Shown: one piece after another, positions 51,792 through 64,000 of the stretch | How positions within the stretch are numbered: position 1 is the first letter of the stretch | Layout: each line of letters starts with the position of its first letter | NCBI RefSeq assembly: GCF_036321535.1 | Contig: NC_087437.1 | Location: 32,118,001 to 32,182,000, forward strand | Direction: 5' to 3' | Length of the DNA: 64,000 nucleotides | DNA from: Camelus dromedarius | Taxonomy: Eukaryota | Position numbers and translations under genes: made by a program | Notes under the pieces: generated by a model | What the model was told of the DNA's origin: nothing | Seen by the model: the letters and a program-made list of their open reading frames with translations, nothing else | Databases searched by the model: none

Positions 51792-53439
51792 GAGACTGTG
51801 AACACCAACTGCAGCCTTGACACCAGCTGCAGTGGTACAGATGACAGGTCCTCTCACTAACCTCCTTCTTGTAAATTTCTTCAGGAAAAGAGATCAATCA
51901 GCATCTCAGAGAAGCCGTTTCCAGATAGGAGGAAATTATTATATAAAGCAAATGGATTCAAAGGCAGACTGCAGTGGAGACTGTGGTCCACTGTCCAAAT
52001 CCCCCTCTAGCACAAAGGAACTCATTTTCTCAGTTACTAGTTCATAGCCAAGTCTGCCTGCCAAAACTGTCCTTGATCAAAGGAAACAGCCTCACCCAAG
52101 ATTCTATTTCTCCCTTGGAACAGCCATTTTAGATTAGATCCCTGGGAACCCAATTACAACAGAGTTAATATAGATGGCATTGAGAAACATAGTAAACCAT
52201 GCCTAAACAATGGTTTAACAATAAATAGCAAGGAGATTTTCATGTGGATGAAACAAGCCTCAATAAAAGTTGAAGGTGAAAGTCAATGAAAGTACCTGGC
52301 CTATATATGTGCCTTGGTTCATGAACTCAGAAATTCAATTTCTATGCTAAGAGAGTATTGAATTTTTAAGGAATTCTGAAAAAGGTGCCTTGGAATGAGG
52401 CTGGTGTGTGCAGGATCATGTCAGTCAGACTGCTGAACAAAAGGCATCTATTCTAAGATTTCTAACTAGAAAAGTTAAGCAGCTGTCCTTAAGGATAAAT
52501 TACTTCAAACTGGTTGTAAGTTCAGCTATGCTAATATAGCAGGTATAGGTGCATCAGTTATGAATCTTAATATTACTGTGAAGCTCTTGATGCTAAATAA
52601 TTTCTTATTCCATACCACTTTACTAAGAAGTAAACAGATTTTCAGCAGGAAAAAAATTCATGTATTCAAATTCCTATGTAAGACATGAAGAAAAATTTAT
52701 TCTTTAAAAAAGGAGAATTCCTTCAGTGAGGGGAAAAATCTGAATTAATAATTAACTGCTTCCTTCAGCAAGTATTCAAAATGACCAAAAACAAACAAAC
52801 AAACAAAAAACCCTTTTAAATTATTTGAATGATGTAATTAAATAGTTTAAAGTTTTTTGGTGAGAAATCAGCTTTGAAATTAGGGTTTTCCTGAGTCACA
52901 TTCCAGGAAACACCCAGTTTTTATGAAATATATATGTGTGCATACATATGTGTTTATGGTTAAGATCAACATTGGATTAGTGCCTGTGCATATTAAAATG
53001 AATATCTTCTAAGGATCAGATCTATTTAATAGCAAACCCATTAAGCTAAGTTTAGAGATTCATTCTCACAGTGACCTGGTCATGGTCAATTTTAAAGTAA
53101 TTTATCCTAAAGTGGTGGGCATGTCAAAATGGAGGAGGAGGACAATGAAAAAGCCACGCATTGTGCTGCTCTGGGTCCAGTTATCAGGATGGATCAGTCT
53201 CACTCAGCCAAAGACACTACACCTCACATCAACATCCATTAACCTTTCAGTCACCCTTCTCTATGCTGTAAACAGTCTTCATAGGGAATGGTTCACTGGC
53301 AAAAGGGAATGTGGAACATCTGAAATAAAGTGGTTAGTGGTGGGAAGAGTGGATTTGGCATGGAAGTAGAAGTTTCAGAGAGAAGATGGAAGACATTTTA
53401 TGGCAGAAGATGGATCATTTCTCTTTCCCTTCCCTTAGA

Positions 53440-53705
53440 GGAGCATAGCATAGTGGTTATGAGTGATCATGGACTCTTGGGTCAGACTGCCAGAGCTCAA
53501 AGCTATGTTCTGATATTATCAGTTCTGCAATCTTGGACAATCATTTCTTTCTCTGTACCTCTGCTGCCTAATCCTTAAAACTGGAGTATTATTAATACTT
53601 TCCTCCTACAACTGCTGTGAGGTTTAATGAATTAACATATAGGGAAAGGATTTACAACAGTGTCTGGTACATAGTAAAAGTGCAGATAAAGGTTAGCTAT
53701 TACTT
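53440..53705 (+). mobile_element. MIR
   Basis: gcatagcatagtggtta...tctctgtacctc...gtgaggtttaatga...cagtgtctggtacatagtaa. Confidence 0.65.
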
Positions 53706-54525
53706 TTTTTTTCCTTCTTAAGGATAGTAGAACTGTAAAAGCCAGCCCTGGTTTTATAACTTGTAGAGAGTTGCAAATATTTCTTTCTGTAGTTATAATT
53801 TTTGTACATCTATTCCACAACCACTTAATAATATATAGCACAAAAAAGACCACATAGTTACTCCCCTCTTATAGTTACATTCTACATTGGCATTTATACT
53901 AACAATCCTTTATATTTGTATCCCTCTTTCCACTTTTAAAACCACACATATATGCATACCTCACTTACTTTATCATTCCAAGAATCTTCAAAGTCAAGAC
54001 ATTAACAACAACAGTACCAACAAAAACAAAAGTTGTCCTTGAGCTGATAAAATCACTGGGGTTCCCAGCAGAAGCAAACATAAAATTACTTTGAGGGGTG
54101 AAACATTCAACCCTCAAGCCACTCATTAGTCACACAATTGAAATCTTTATTCAAATGGAACTAAAAAAGCCAAAACTGTAAAACATTCGAGGAAATAAGC
54201 ACATATGAGTATGCCAGCAGATGAAATTTATAGCAGATTAGAGATTCAAAAATTTCAGGTAATAGAATTATTGACCTCAAATTATCCAATTACATGTTCA
54301 AAATGATTCAATGTATAAAGGAAAATTATTTTTATGAACAAAGACCAAGTCACTTTCAAAAGGACCAGAAAGATGTCAAGAAGAATCAGATGAAACTTGG
54401 AATGGAAACCAAACAAAATGTGGATAGAAACAAAAAGACTCAATGGATTGGAATATAGAGCTGAGGAAAGAAAAAAAAATGTACCACATAGAGATAGAAA
54501 ATACAAAAGATCAAGAGACATAGAG

Positions 54526-54781
54526 TTACAAAACATTTTGTGTATGTGTGTGTGTGTGATGAGAACCTTTAAGGTCTACTCTCTTAGCAAATTTCAAATA
54601 TGCAATATAGTATTATTAACTATCATCATAGGGGGAAAATTTATAACTTTGTATGGTGAAAGATGTTACCTAGACCTATTGTGGTGATCATTTGGCAATA
54701 TATACAAATATTGAATCATTATGTTGCACATCTGAAACTAATAATAACATTATATGTGAATTATCCTTCAGTTTAAAAAAG
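54526..54781 (+). mobile_element. L1MA9-like 3' end with inverted 5' segment
   Basis: About 54526-54628 is antisense and about 54630-54781 is sense L1MA-type 3' UTR, by recognition of consensus phrases. Confidence 0.7.
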
Positions 54782-57074
54782 AAAAACATGGAGGATAAAA
54801 TAGGGTAGAATATGAAGGATATGAGGGCAATGCTTTTTGTTTGCTTTTTTTACTATTATATTCCCAATGTCTAAAATACTGCTGGAAGATAGCAGGTACT
54901 CAAAGCATATTGGTGGAATGCATAAATAAGTGAATAAATGGGATTTCCAGAAGGAGAGATGAGATGGAAAAGGCAATATTTGATATATTTAAGAACTTTC
55001 CAAATTTGATAAGAGGCATAAAACTCAAAATCACAAAACACAATTGAGTATTAAGTAGAAACATACAAATTAAAACAACAGCTAAACACATAATAATGAA
55101 AACCTATAATATCAAAGACACAGAAAAAAAATTAAACCAGAAAAAGTAGATTATATACAAAGGAATGACAAACTGACAGCAGATTGCATAACAGCAATAT
55201 TAGAGATTACTGAGGAATCAAAAGACCGCCAATCTAGAAATCTATATCCAGGTAATTATCATTCAAAATTAAGGGTAAAATAAAGACTTTTTCAGAAAAA
55301 CAAACATTGAGTGTTTATTACTAACTGACCTTCATTGAAGGGACTTTAAAACATAAACGTCAGAAAGTAGGAATTTGGATTCAGAAGGGAAAAAAAGAGA
55401 GAGAGAGAGAAAATGAAAAAAAAAAAAAAAAAGAAGAATGGTGAGAAAAGAAACAGGGAAACATTAGGTACTCAAAGTAAGCAATGGTTGAATTAAAAAT
55501 AAAATAAGTAATTTTAAAGAACAATTTTGAGGGCATTAAACAAGGTAGAATAAAAGTATGGCTTAAGAACATTTAAGATGGGCATTAAAGTGTTTCAAGT
55601 TCCTTGTGGTAATAGAAGGAGAATACAGCTATGCATAACTTTAGACAAACTCATTATAATTCATCAAATATAAGAAGGTGTCAATTATAAGACCTACCAC
55701 TATGAAGAAAGAGAAAAACTTGCCATTTAACTGTGAGTTATATCATGCCTTAAAGAAAATCTTATGTATGGCATGAATTCATTTTTTTGAAATTTCTTTC
55801 TTCTATTCTAAGGGAATTGCCCCTGTCTCCCACTTTCAATTTCATTACTTATTATAATAGACAATCTTTTACAAATATCTCAGTAACAAAAAAGTGGGGT
55901 TTTTTTTGTTTGTTTGCTTGCTTGTTTTTACATCAAATAAAGCTCTCAGTTACTGTTTTGCAAGAAAAGATGGAATTTCTATCTTTCTCCCAGTGATGAG
56001 TATTTAGCTCACTAATGTAAAATTTATACCCTGGTGCTCTCTTTCCATGCATCTCTGCATTGCTAATAAGTTTTTGTTTCAGTGCCACATTATATCTAGA
56101 AGTTTTGAAACATTTTAAACGGATATTTAACTCAACATTGGTAATTATAATGTACCTAATTCAGCTGGAATGGTAACAATATGAAAAGCTATGGCAAGAT
56201 CATGCACATGTAGGCAATGACAACTATATCATGCATAATGCCTGGCTAACAGCAATTGTCAGATTGCAATCAACTATGAAATATATACTTGTTTCAGAGA
56301 CATAGATATGTGAAAAATGTCATAGTGTTGATGAAATATGGTAAATATCTTTGCTAAAATTTTAAAGTCAATTACTAAAAGAATAAAAATAGAATGTATA
56401 ACTATCAAGCCACTAGAGCCAAAAGAGGTGGCAAATAAAATGATAAAAATCAGTTTAAGATGGTAGAAAAAATAAATTAGAATTTAGAAAAATCAGGAAA
56501 TGCAACACAAAATAAAATGGAGAAATACATCCAAATATATCATTTATCACAATAAATACAAACAGACTAAATTTATCAATAGAAAGAGATTTTCAATTTG
56601 GGTTATTTTTAAAATCTACTCATATAGTATTAACAAATTATATTTAAGTCATAAGGGCATAGAAAGGTAAAAAGTAAAAAGTTAGAAAAAGAGAAAATAG
56701 GCAACCACTACTTCAAAGAAAACAGGCAAAACAGAATAAAGATGGTCAGTAAGTAACAATAAAAGGAAAAGTTCTGAAAGGAAGAAGTAACCATTCTAAA
56801 CTTGTACACGTAATTAAAAAAAAAAAAAAGCCCTCAAATTTACAAAGCAATCTTGATAAAAGTACAAGGAGAAATTGGTAAATCTAAAATTACACTGTAA
56901 AAGTTTAAAACACCTCTCTTAGCAATTGGCAGTCCAAGCAAACATGATTTTACTGAGGATATAGAAAATTTGAACACTATAACTAACAAGGGTTCTTTAA
57001 TCAACAGGCTTAATATCATATACTCAATGATTAGAAAATACACATTCCTCTGGGACACATATGAAACATCTAAA

Positions 57075-57340
57075 GAGGCTGTATAGTGTGGTGCTGAGAA
57101 CAGTTTCTGAAGCCAAACTCTCTGGACTTGATTTTAGGCTCTACTATTTACTAGCTATATAATCTTGAACAAGTTAAATTACTAAACCCTGTGTCTCAGT
57201 TTCCTCATCTATAAAATGGGGATAATATTAGTGTATTTATCTCAAAAGTTTATTGAAAGGAATAAACCTATTAACTTGTAACAAGCTCTTAGAACAGTTC
57301 CTGGAACAAAGAAAGTGCTACAAAGCCATTAGCTGTTATT
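57075..57340 (+). mobile_element. MIR
   Basis: ctgtgtctcagtttcctcatctataaaatggggataata. Confidence 0.75.
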
Positions 57341-58759
57341 ATGTACACAAATTAGCCAAAAGCTACACTACAAAGTAAGTCTCAACAATTTCCAAACAAT
57401 TGGTATTATGCAGTTCACATTCTCTGACTACAATGCAGTTAAATTTTAACTCAACAGCAAGAAGATTACAGAAATTCATTGGGAAATTAAAGCACAAACT
57501 TCTAACTTACTTATGAGTCCAAGAGAAAATCACACAAAATAGAAAAGTATTTAGAATTCATAATGAAAATACTATATCTCAGAAACTTGTAGGATGAAAT
57601 TAAGTGGTACTTAGCAAGAAATATATGGTCTTAAATGCTTACATTAAAAAACAAGAAAGTTAAAAAATAAATCAATACAGCTGAGGGAATTAGAAAAAAA
57701 AAAAAAAAACAGCAGAATACAACCAGAGAAAGAACAAAGAGGAAAACCGTAAACAGTAAAAAAAAAAAAAAAAAAAAAAAAGAAAGAAAGAAAAAGAAAA
57801 GAAATTAATAATAGGAAAAAAAACCCTTTATAGATGATTAATAAACTAAAAGCTTTAAAAAAGACAAAACTGAAAATACTGATAAAAGAAAGTATCAGTG
57901 AAAAAGACTATTTAAATACAGATGCAGCAGAACACAAAAAATAAGAATAATGTGAACAATTTTATGCCAGTAAATTTGAAAACTCACATAAGATGCACAA
58001 TTTCCTAGAAATTCTACTTTATCAAAGGTGACTGAAGCAAAAATCCCTCAATTTTCTTCAAAGAAATTGAATCAGTACCTTAAAAATCTACCAAAACAAA
58101 CAAACTCATGGTGCCCAAAGGGTTTTATAGCTTTCTATGAAATCAAGGAATGATCATCACAATCTTATAAAATTGTAAATAGAAATGTGGAAATATTTTT
58201 CAACTCACTTTATAAGATTAGCATTTATTAAATATCTTGATATCAAAACCAGGTTAAAATTAGTAGAAGAAAGGATAATTACAGGCCAATCTTACAGTTC
58301 TGAAACTCCTTTAAAAATAGCAAACCAAATCAGGAAATGTATTAAAATAAATGTAAATTTTTACTTTATCCCATGAAAGCAATAATGGTTTTATATTTTT
58401 AAAATTCTTACTGCAATTCACCACATTAACAGATTAAAAGGGAAAACAGGATTATTTCAAAAGAGCAGAAAAAGTAGTTGATAAACTTAACCATTCTTAG
58501 AAAAATAGGAATCAAAGGAAACCTCCTTAATCTGACAAAAGGTATTAACCAAGAGCCTGGAGCAAACATTATACTTACATTGAAAAGTCAGAAAACTCTC
58601 TTTAAAGAATGAAAAAAGGATATCTGCTATCCCCTTTCTAGTCAACATTGTTCTCAAGAGCTAGTCAGGACCATGAGAAATCAAAGACATAAGAATTGAA
58701 AAGGAAGAAACAAAGCCATCATTATTTTAAGATAATGAATGAATGTATACATAAAAAAT

Positions 58760-60250
58760 TCCAAAGAATGTGCTTCTCTTTTCTCTAAAAAAAAAAAAAA
58801 ATCCTTTCTTAGACTCCCTGTTTGTTTCTAATTACCATTCCATTTCCTTACTCCTCTCGGTAGGAAATGCCTAGAGTCTTCACTGCTCATTTTCTTCAAA
58901 TCTCCTCCCAATCTGTCCTTAACTCCAATCCAGTGTTCACTCCTCTCTATCCAATGATAGTGCTTTTGTCAAGTCACAATGAGCTCATGTGCTGAATTAA
59001 TGGTCAACTCTCAGTCCTCATCTCACCTCACCTATCAGCAGCATTCGACATTGCTCTGTCCTTGACAGTTTCTCCACTTGGCTTTCAGGACATCATGCTC
59101 TTCTGACTTTCTCCCTCCTTCACTGGACCTTTCTCTCAGTCTACTTTACTGTTTCTTCATCATCTCCTTGATCTCTGAGCACTGGGCTTAGTCTTTGGAC
59201 ATTTTTATTTTTTGTCTACACTCACTCCCTCGATGATCCCACCCAGTCTCAAGGCTGATGAATTCCAAAATTATAATGTCCAGCTCAGACTTCTCAACTC
59301 CAGACTTATACATCCAACACAATATCTCCAGTCAGATGTCTGACAGCTCAAACTTTCCATATCTGAAGAACTCTTGATTCCTTTCTAACCCTCCCCCAAA
59401 TCTGTTTCTTCCAGTCTTCTCCATCTTACTTAACAACAAATGTATCATTCTAGTTTTTCAGGCCAAAAATCTTCGCATCCTCTCTCTCTCTTTTTTAAAA
59501 TGCCATCCCCATATCAGCAAATCTTGTTGGTTCCAGCTTCAGAATATATCCAGAATCTGAACACTTCTTATCACCTCTATTACTCCAAGAGTCTCTGTTA
59601 TTTCCTATATCTGGATTATTGCAGAGCATGTTAATTGGCCCCTCTGATTACACCCTTGCCTTTTTTGCAGACTCTTCTCAAAACGGAAAGAAGAAAGTCA
59701 GGTCATGTTACTTCTCTGGTCAGAACTCTCCAATGGCTTTCCAAGGCCCTATGTGATCCAGCCTCCACTTCCCTTCTAACGACCTCCTATGATTCTTCTA
59801 CCTTGCTCCCTCTGCTACAACCACACTGGCCTTCTTGTTGTTCCCCAAAGACTCTAGGCTGCCCCCAACTTAACGACCTTTGTACTTAATGGTTCCTCTA
59901 CCTTAAATGATTTCCTGCAAGCGTCCACAGCATTGTTTTCTCATCTCATTCATGTTTAGCTTAAATGTCTGCTTCCTAGCATGGCCTCCCTTGTCTGCCC
60001 TACTTAAAATTTCAAACCTCCAACGTCATGTCCCCATTCTCTTATTTTATTTTTCTACACAGCATTTATCCTCTTCTGATATACTATGTATTTTCCTTAT
60101 TTATTTTGTTTATTTTCTGTCTCATCTAGTTAAAGAGATGATGGCAGGGTTTCTTGGTTTTTGATTTTGGTCTGTTTTGCTTACTCCTTTCTCCCCAGCA
60201 TCCAGTACGGTGTCTAGCACATAGTTAAGTGCCTAATAAATATTTGTTAG
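58760..60250 (-). mobile_element. L2 LINE remnant
   Basis: C/T-rich block contrasting with the flanking L1, with L2 phrases (aatggtcaactctcagtcctcatct; aatatatccagaatctga; tagcacatagttaagtgcctaataaatatttgtt). Strand label follows database convention and is uncertain. Confidence 0.7.
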
Positions 60251-63200
60251 GCAAGTTATTAGGATTAATAAGAGAGTTGAAGCAGTTTACTGGATATAAC
60301 ATTACTATACAAATATCATTTATGTTATAATCACCTCAAAAATAGTTGGAAAATATAATCTTTAAAGATCTTTATCATCTCGGATTAAAAATTAAAAAAA
60401 CTTAGTAAATGTAAAAAAAAGATGTACAAGTCTCAAGATCCCTAACAAATAAGTTTATAAAACTTTATTAAAAGATATTTAAGAAGATCTAAATAAATGG
60501 AAAGATATACAATATCTACAGACAAGAAGATAGTACCATAAATATGTTAATTTTCTTCAAATTAATCTGTACGTATAATGAAATTCCAATCAGGATACTG
60601 ACAGAATTATTCATGAAACTTGAAAAATTATTCATGAAAATTAATAAAAACTGTTAAAGAACAAAAACAAATCAAAGCAATTTTAAAGAAAGAGTTTGGG
60701 GATACCTGTCCTATCATGTATCAAGACATTACAGTAAAAAGCAAGCTATATTTGGAATAACAGACATACAACGTCCACAAAAGATAAAGGTTTTGTAGAA
60801 GAATATACAAAAAACTACTTCAAATTAATAAGAACAGATTTTAAAACCTCAATAGAAAAATAGAAAGGAAAAAAACCCCAAGTCATAAAGAGGTGCTTTT
60901 CTAAAAAGGAAACCCAAATGGCAAATAGCAAATTAACGTATGAAAAAACAGCTGGCCTCCCCAATAGAGGAGTGAAAGTTTTAATAACCATCAGACACTG
61001 CTTCACCTAAATAGACAGAAACTAAAAATTTGATAAAAGCAAGTACTGAGCAGGAAATAAAGCCACTGGGACTCTCAGACATGGCTGATGGGAATATAAG
61101 TTGGTAAAACCACACTGGAGAGCAATTAGTGGTTTATCAGAAAATTTAAAGTATACAAAGCCCCCATATCAGCTTGACTGTGTACACGAGAAATTAAGCA
61201 CATTTGCCAAAAGTGATAATTATAAGAATGTTCACTGTAGCACTATTAAAACAGAGAAAGTCCATCAAAAGAAGATTGGTCAAATAAACTGTGGCATAGT
61301 CATGTGAAGGGATATTCTATCCCACTGAAAACAAGTAAATTGGAACCACATGTACTAATACAGATAAACTTTGAAAACATAACATTGAGCCTTATGATGC
61401 TATTTATATAAAGTTTAAAAACATGAACTACAGTGCTATGAATCATTTTTGAGCCATGCACATGTAGCAAAGAAATAAAAACATATTTGCATAAATACCC
61501 TAACAGGATATTGATTAGCACAGCAAGGCAAGGGAGGAGCACTGGGTTAGAGAGACACATGCAGGTGATACAAATTTCATTTAATTTCTTAACTTGGGTG
61601 ATTTTTGTGTACCTAACATTGGATTGAGCATGGGTGAGCACCATGGGAAAGGTGGAGTTGGGAGTGTGAGAAGAGGCTAAGTGGATAGGGAGACAATCCC
61701 ACCTGAGGAGTCTGGGAGGAAAGCCAAGGTAGTAGAAGAAATGAGTATTAGGTAAGGGTAGTCCAGGAAGGACTAGAAAGGAAAAGACAAAACTTAAAGC
61801 ATATTTGAGAACTTAGACTTTTGAGTAAGAAGTCACCTTTTCAAACCAAGCCTAAACTCCCTCGATGATCCCATCCAGTCTCAAGGCTGATGAATTCCAA
61901 AATTTGAATTTCATCATAAGGATGAAATATTTTCCAGCTCTGTTTTGGAGTAACTGATAGAAAAAGAGGGCATGGACTACAGAGCGGTTGTTTTGTGAGT
62001 GACTTTGAGGGAAGGGTTAGAGGCTTGCTTACTGAATTTTCAGATTCTACCAAGCTGGGAGTAACTAATATATTGGACAGAATCATGGTTTTTAAAAGGT
62101 ATGGATATCCTGGAATGAGAGCCTGAAGATAAGAATATTATTTCAGTGGCTTAAAATGTGACATGATACACTTTAATTTTTTTTTTCAAGTTATCTGATT
62201 ACAATTCTTGATTTAACTTGAGGATCTTGGCACATGACAGGATAAATGTGGCCAAATGTGTGATGTCACTATTGAAAAGAAATTTTAGAAACAGAGTATC
62301 TGACTAGTATCAGCAATTGTTCCAAGCAATTAGTTCAAGTACTAGGCAATGATAAATTACAATCATAAATTTAAAAGATTCCGGGGAGGGTAACCAGAAT
62401 GCTGAGAATGCAGGCAATACTTGGTGGCTACAATGAGGCATCCTCTAAGAATATGGAAACAAGATTGCCCTTTAAGGATTAAACAAGCAAAAAAATCCAC
62501 TTGTATGATTGGGATTAGCCAGCTATGGAGCTAAAACTCCAGACACTGTCTCTACATGAGTGACTTGACAGGTCAGTTAAATACAATCTCAGGGAAGTAG
62601 GGCTAAAATGTGACTATAATAGAGGTGGAAGGAGCTTAATCAATAATATTCCTTGTCTAGAGAAAGACTGAGTAAAGAGACATTGGGAGAACAGCATGGA
62701 ACACACAAGAATTCTGACAGACATGTTATAATTTTCATTGTAAATCAATCAGTCAGCATTCTATTTTATACTTCTGATAGCATGATTTAAATAATATTTC
62801 TCATGTACTGACAAAATTGAGTTTCCAGACCTGAGACTTGGAAACATGAGTTGGTGTAACCTTTCCTGGCTATAGGCCCCTTCTTTGTCATGGAAAGACA
62901 TAAAGACACTAAGGATATTCAGCTAGAAAGAAAGAAGCCAGAGTTGAGAACTGATACCTATCTATCTGCATATGTTTAAAGTTCTTGTAGGAATAGAGGT
63001 TTGATTGTTGGGGGCAGAGAACAGAACAAAGAATAATAGATGGAAAATACAAAGAGTGAGATTTCATTTGGCTGAAAGGAGGAACACACTAACAATCTGA
63101 ACTTCCAACAGTGAAACAGCTATCACTTTGTCGGTTGGGAGTCTTTGGTCATAAGTAACAGAAAAAGTCTGGATAACTGTAGCAAAATAAATAAACAAAC

Positions 63201-64000
63201 AAATAAAATAATTAAAAGATATGAGGCAGCTCACAAATTTGAAGGAAAAACTGAAGTACCTGGCCTTAGAAAGACAATGACCCAGGCAGCTGTTGTGATA
63301 GATGGGCAGAAACCAAAGCACTGCCTCTTTGGGACGCCATCATCAATGGTAAATCACCCTTGGCTGATTTCTTTCCTAGAATTAATAGGAAAGAAATTCT
63401 GATTGGTATAGCTTGGGTCAAGTGTCCCCACTCCCGCCCTCCCCTCTCACTGGCAGGGGCAAGGTAGGGAACCTTGACTCAAGGACAGATCAAGGAAAGC
63501 TTCAAGCAATGGAAAGAGGGAACTTATCCAAGGAAAACTGAGGAGCAGGGAAAAAATATCAGAAACCTACTATGTCCTCATCATTGCAAGTATAGGAGAG
63601 GCCACCTACTTGTCAGAAATCTTAAAGAAGGGATTTCTGTGCTGAAAGGAAGTTGGAAAAGATGACTTAGAAGGTCCCTTCCAGTTCTATGTTTCTAAGG
63701 AGGAACTGAGAAGTGAAACTGATTGCTGAGATCCAGGGTCACTAGGAAAGGCTTGAGAAGGAATATTTACCTGGTCCTGGTTATAAGCGAAGGATGGATG
63801 CAGCTAACAGGAAAGTGAGCCAAAGGGTAAGTACAGTGGTTCAGTGGACTAAGCACTGGTATTGGTCACTGAATGTCATGGGAACTGAGGCATCAGGAAA
63901 AGGTTTTGATAACAATGGGGAGACATGTAATAAAATCTGGCTTAAGAAGTTTAAGCTGGTAATTGTTAGTAGATTGAACTAGAGAAAGGCAAGGCCAAAG

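Larger units (their letters stand above)
54000..61620 (+). mobile_element. Large degenerate ancient L1 (L1M-type, ORF1/ORF2/3'UTR remnants), interrupted by younger or adjacent elements
   Basis: Strongly A-rich + strand with L1 phrases (gaagatctaaataaatggaaagatata; caccacattaacagattaaa; gcaaacattatactta). No long ORF survives. Confidence 0.75.

Noticed and set aside
54000..61620. Potentially active L1
   Set aside because: Heavily degenerate and interrupted by other repeats; no ORF1/ORF2-length frame in the ORF track.
1..64000. Remaining 60-150 aa ORFs, and CRISPR or prokaryote-type systems
   Set aside because: The ORFs fall in repeats or intron, often with non-ATG starts and no recognisable homology. 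No repeat-spacer array or operon structure exists in this mammalian locus.

Overview
This is mammalian genomic DNA, most likely camelid, judged from the tRNA-derived SINE type and L1 3' ends (inference). It contains the complete three-exon PTX3 gene (long pentraxin 3, + strand, CDS 21712-21841, 22302-22706, 26480-27093; 1149 nt = 382 aa + stop). PTX3 is nested antisense inside a ~22.4 kb intron of VEPH1. Four internal VEPH1 coding exons lie on the - strand (46458-46673, 36908-37082, 14346-14512, 5263-5472; all GT-AG and phase-compatible, 256 codons in total), and both ends of VEPH1 fall outside the window. The remainder is intronic, with L1, L2, MIR, MaLR/ERVL LTR, hAT MER elements, SINEs and microsatellites. 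The PTX3-in-VEPH1 arrangement is known mammalian synteny, and I see no convincing undescribed biological system. The best second-look items are: an Ala100->Gly change in the FGF2-binding ARPCA motif of PTX3; a 49-bp near-perfect dispersed duplication copied from a local L2; a compact kB/AP-1/TEAD/STAT motif cluster; a CTCF-like motif at the edge of the host intron; a recursive-splice-like AG|GT acceptor; a 46-bp perfect palindrome; and several retro-insertions with target-site duplications (TSDs), including a twin-primed L1. Repeat family names and boundaries were assigned by eye and are approximate.
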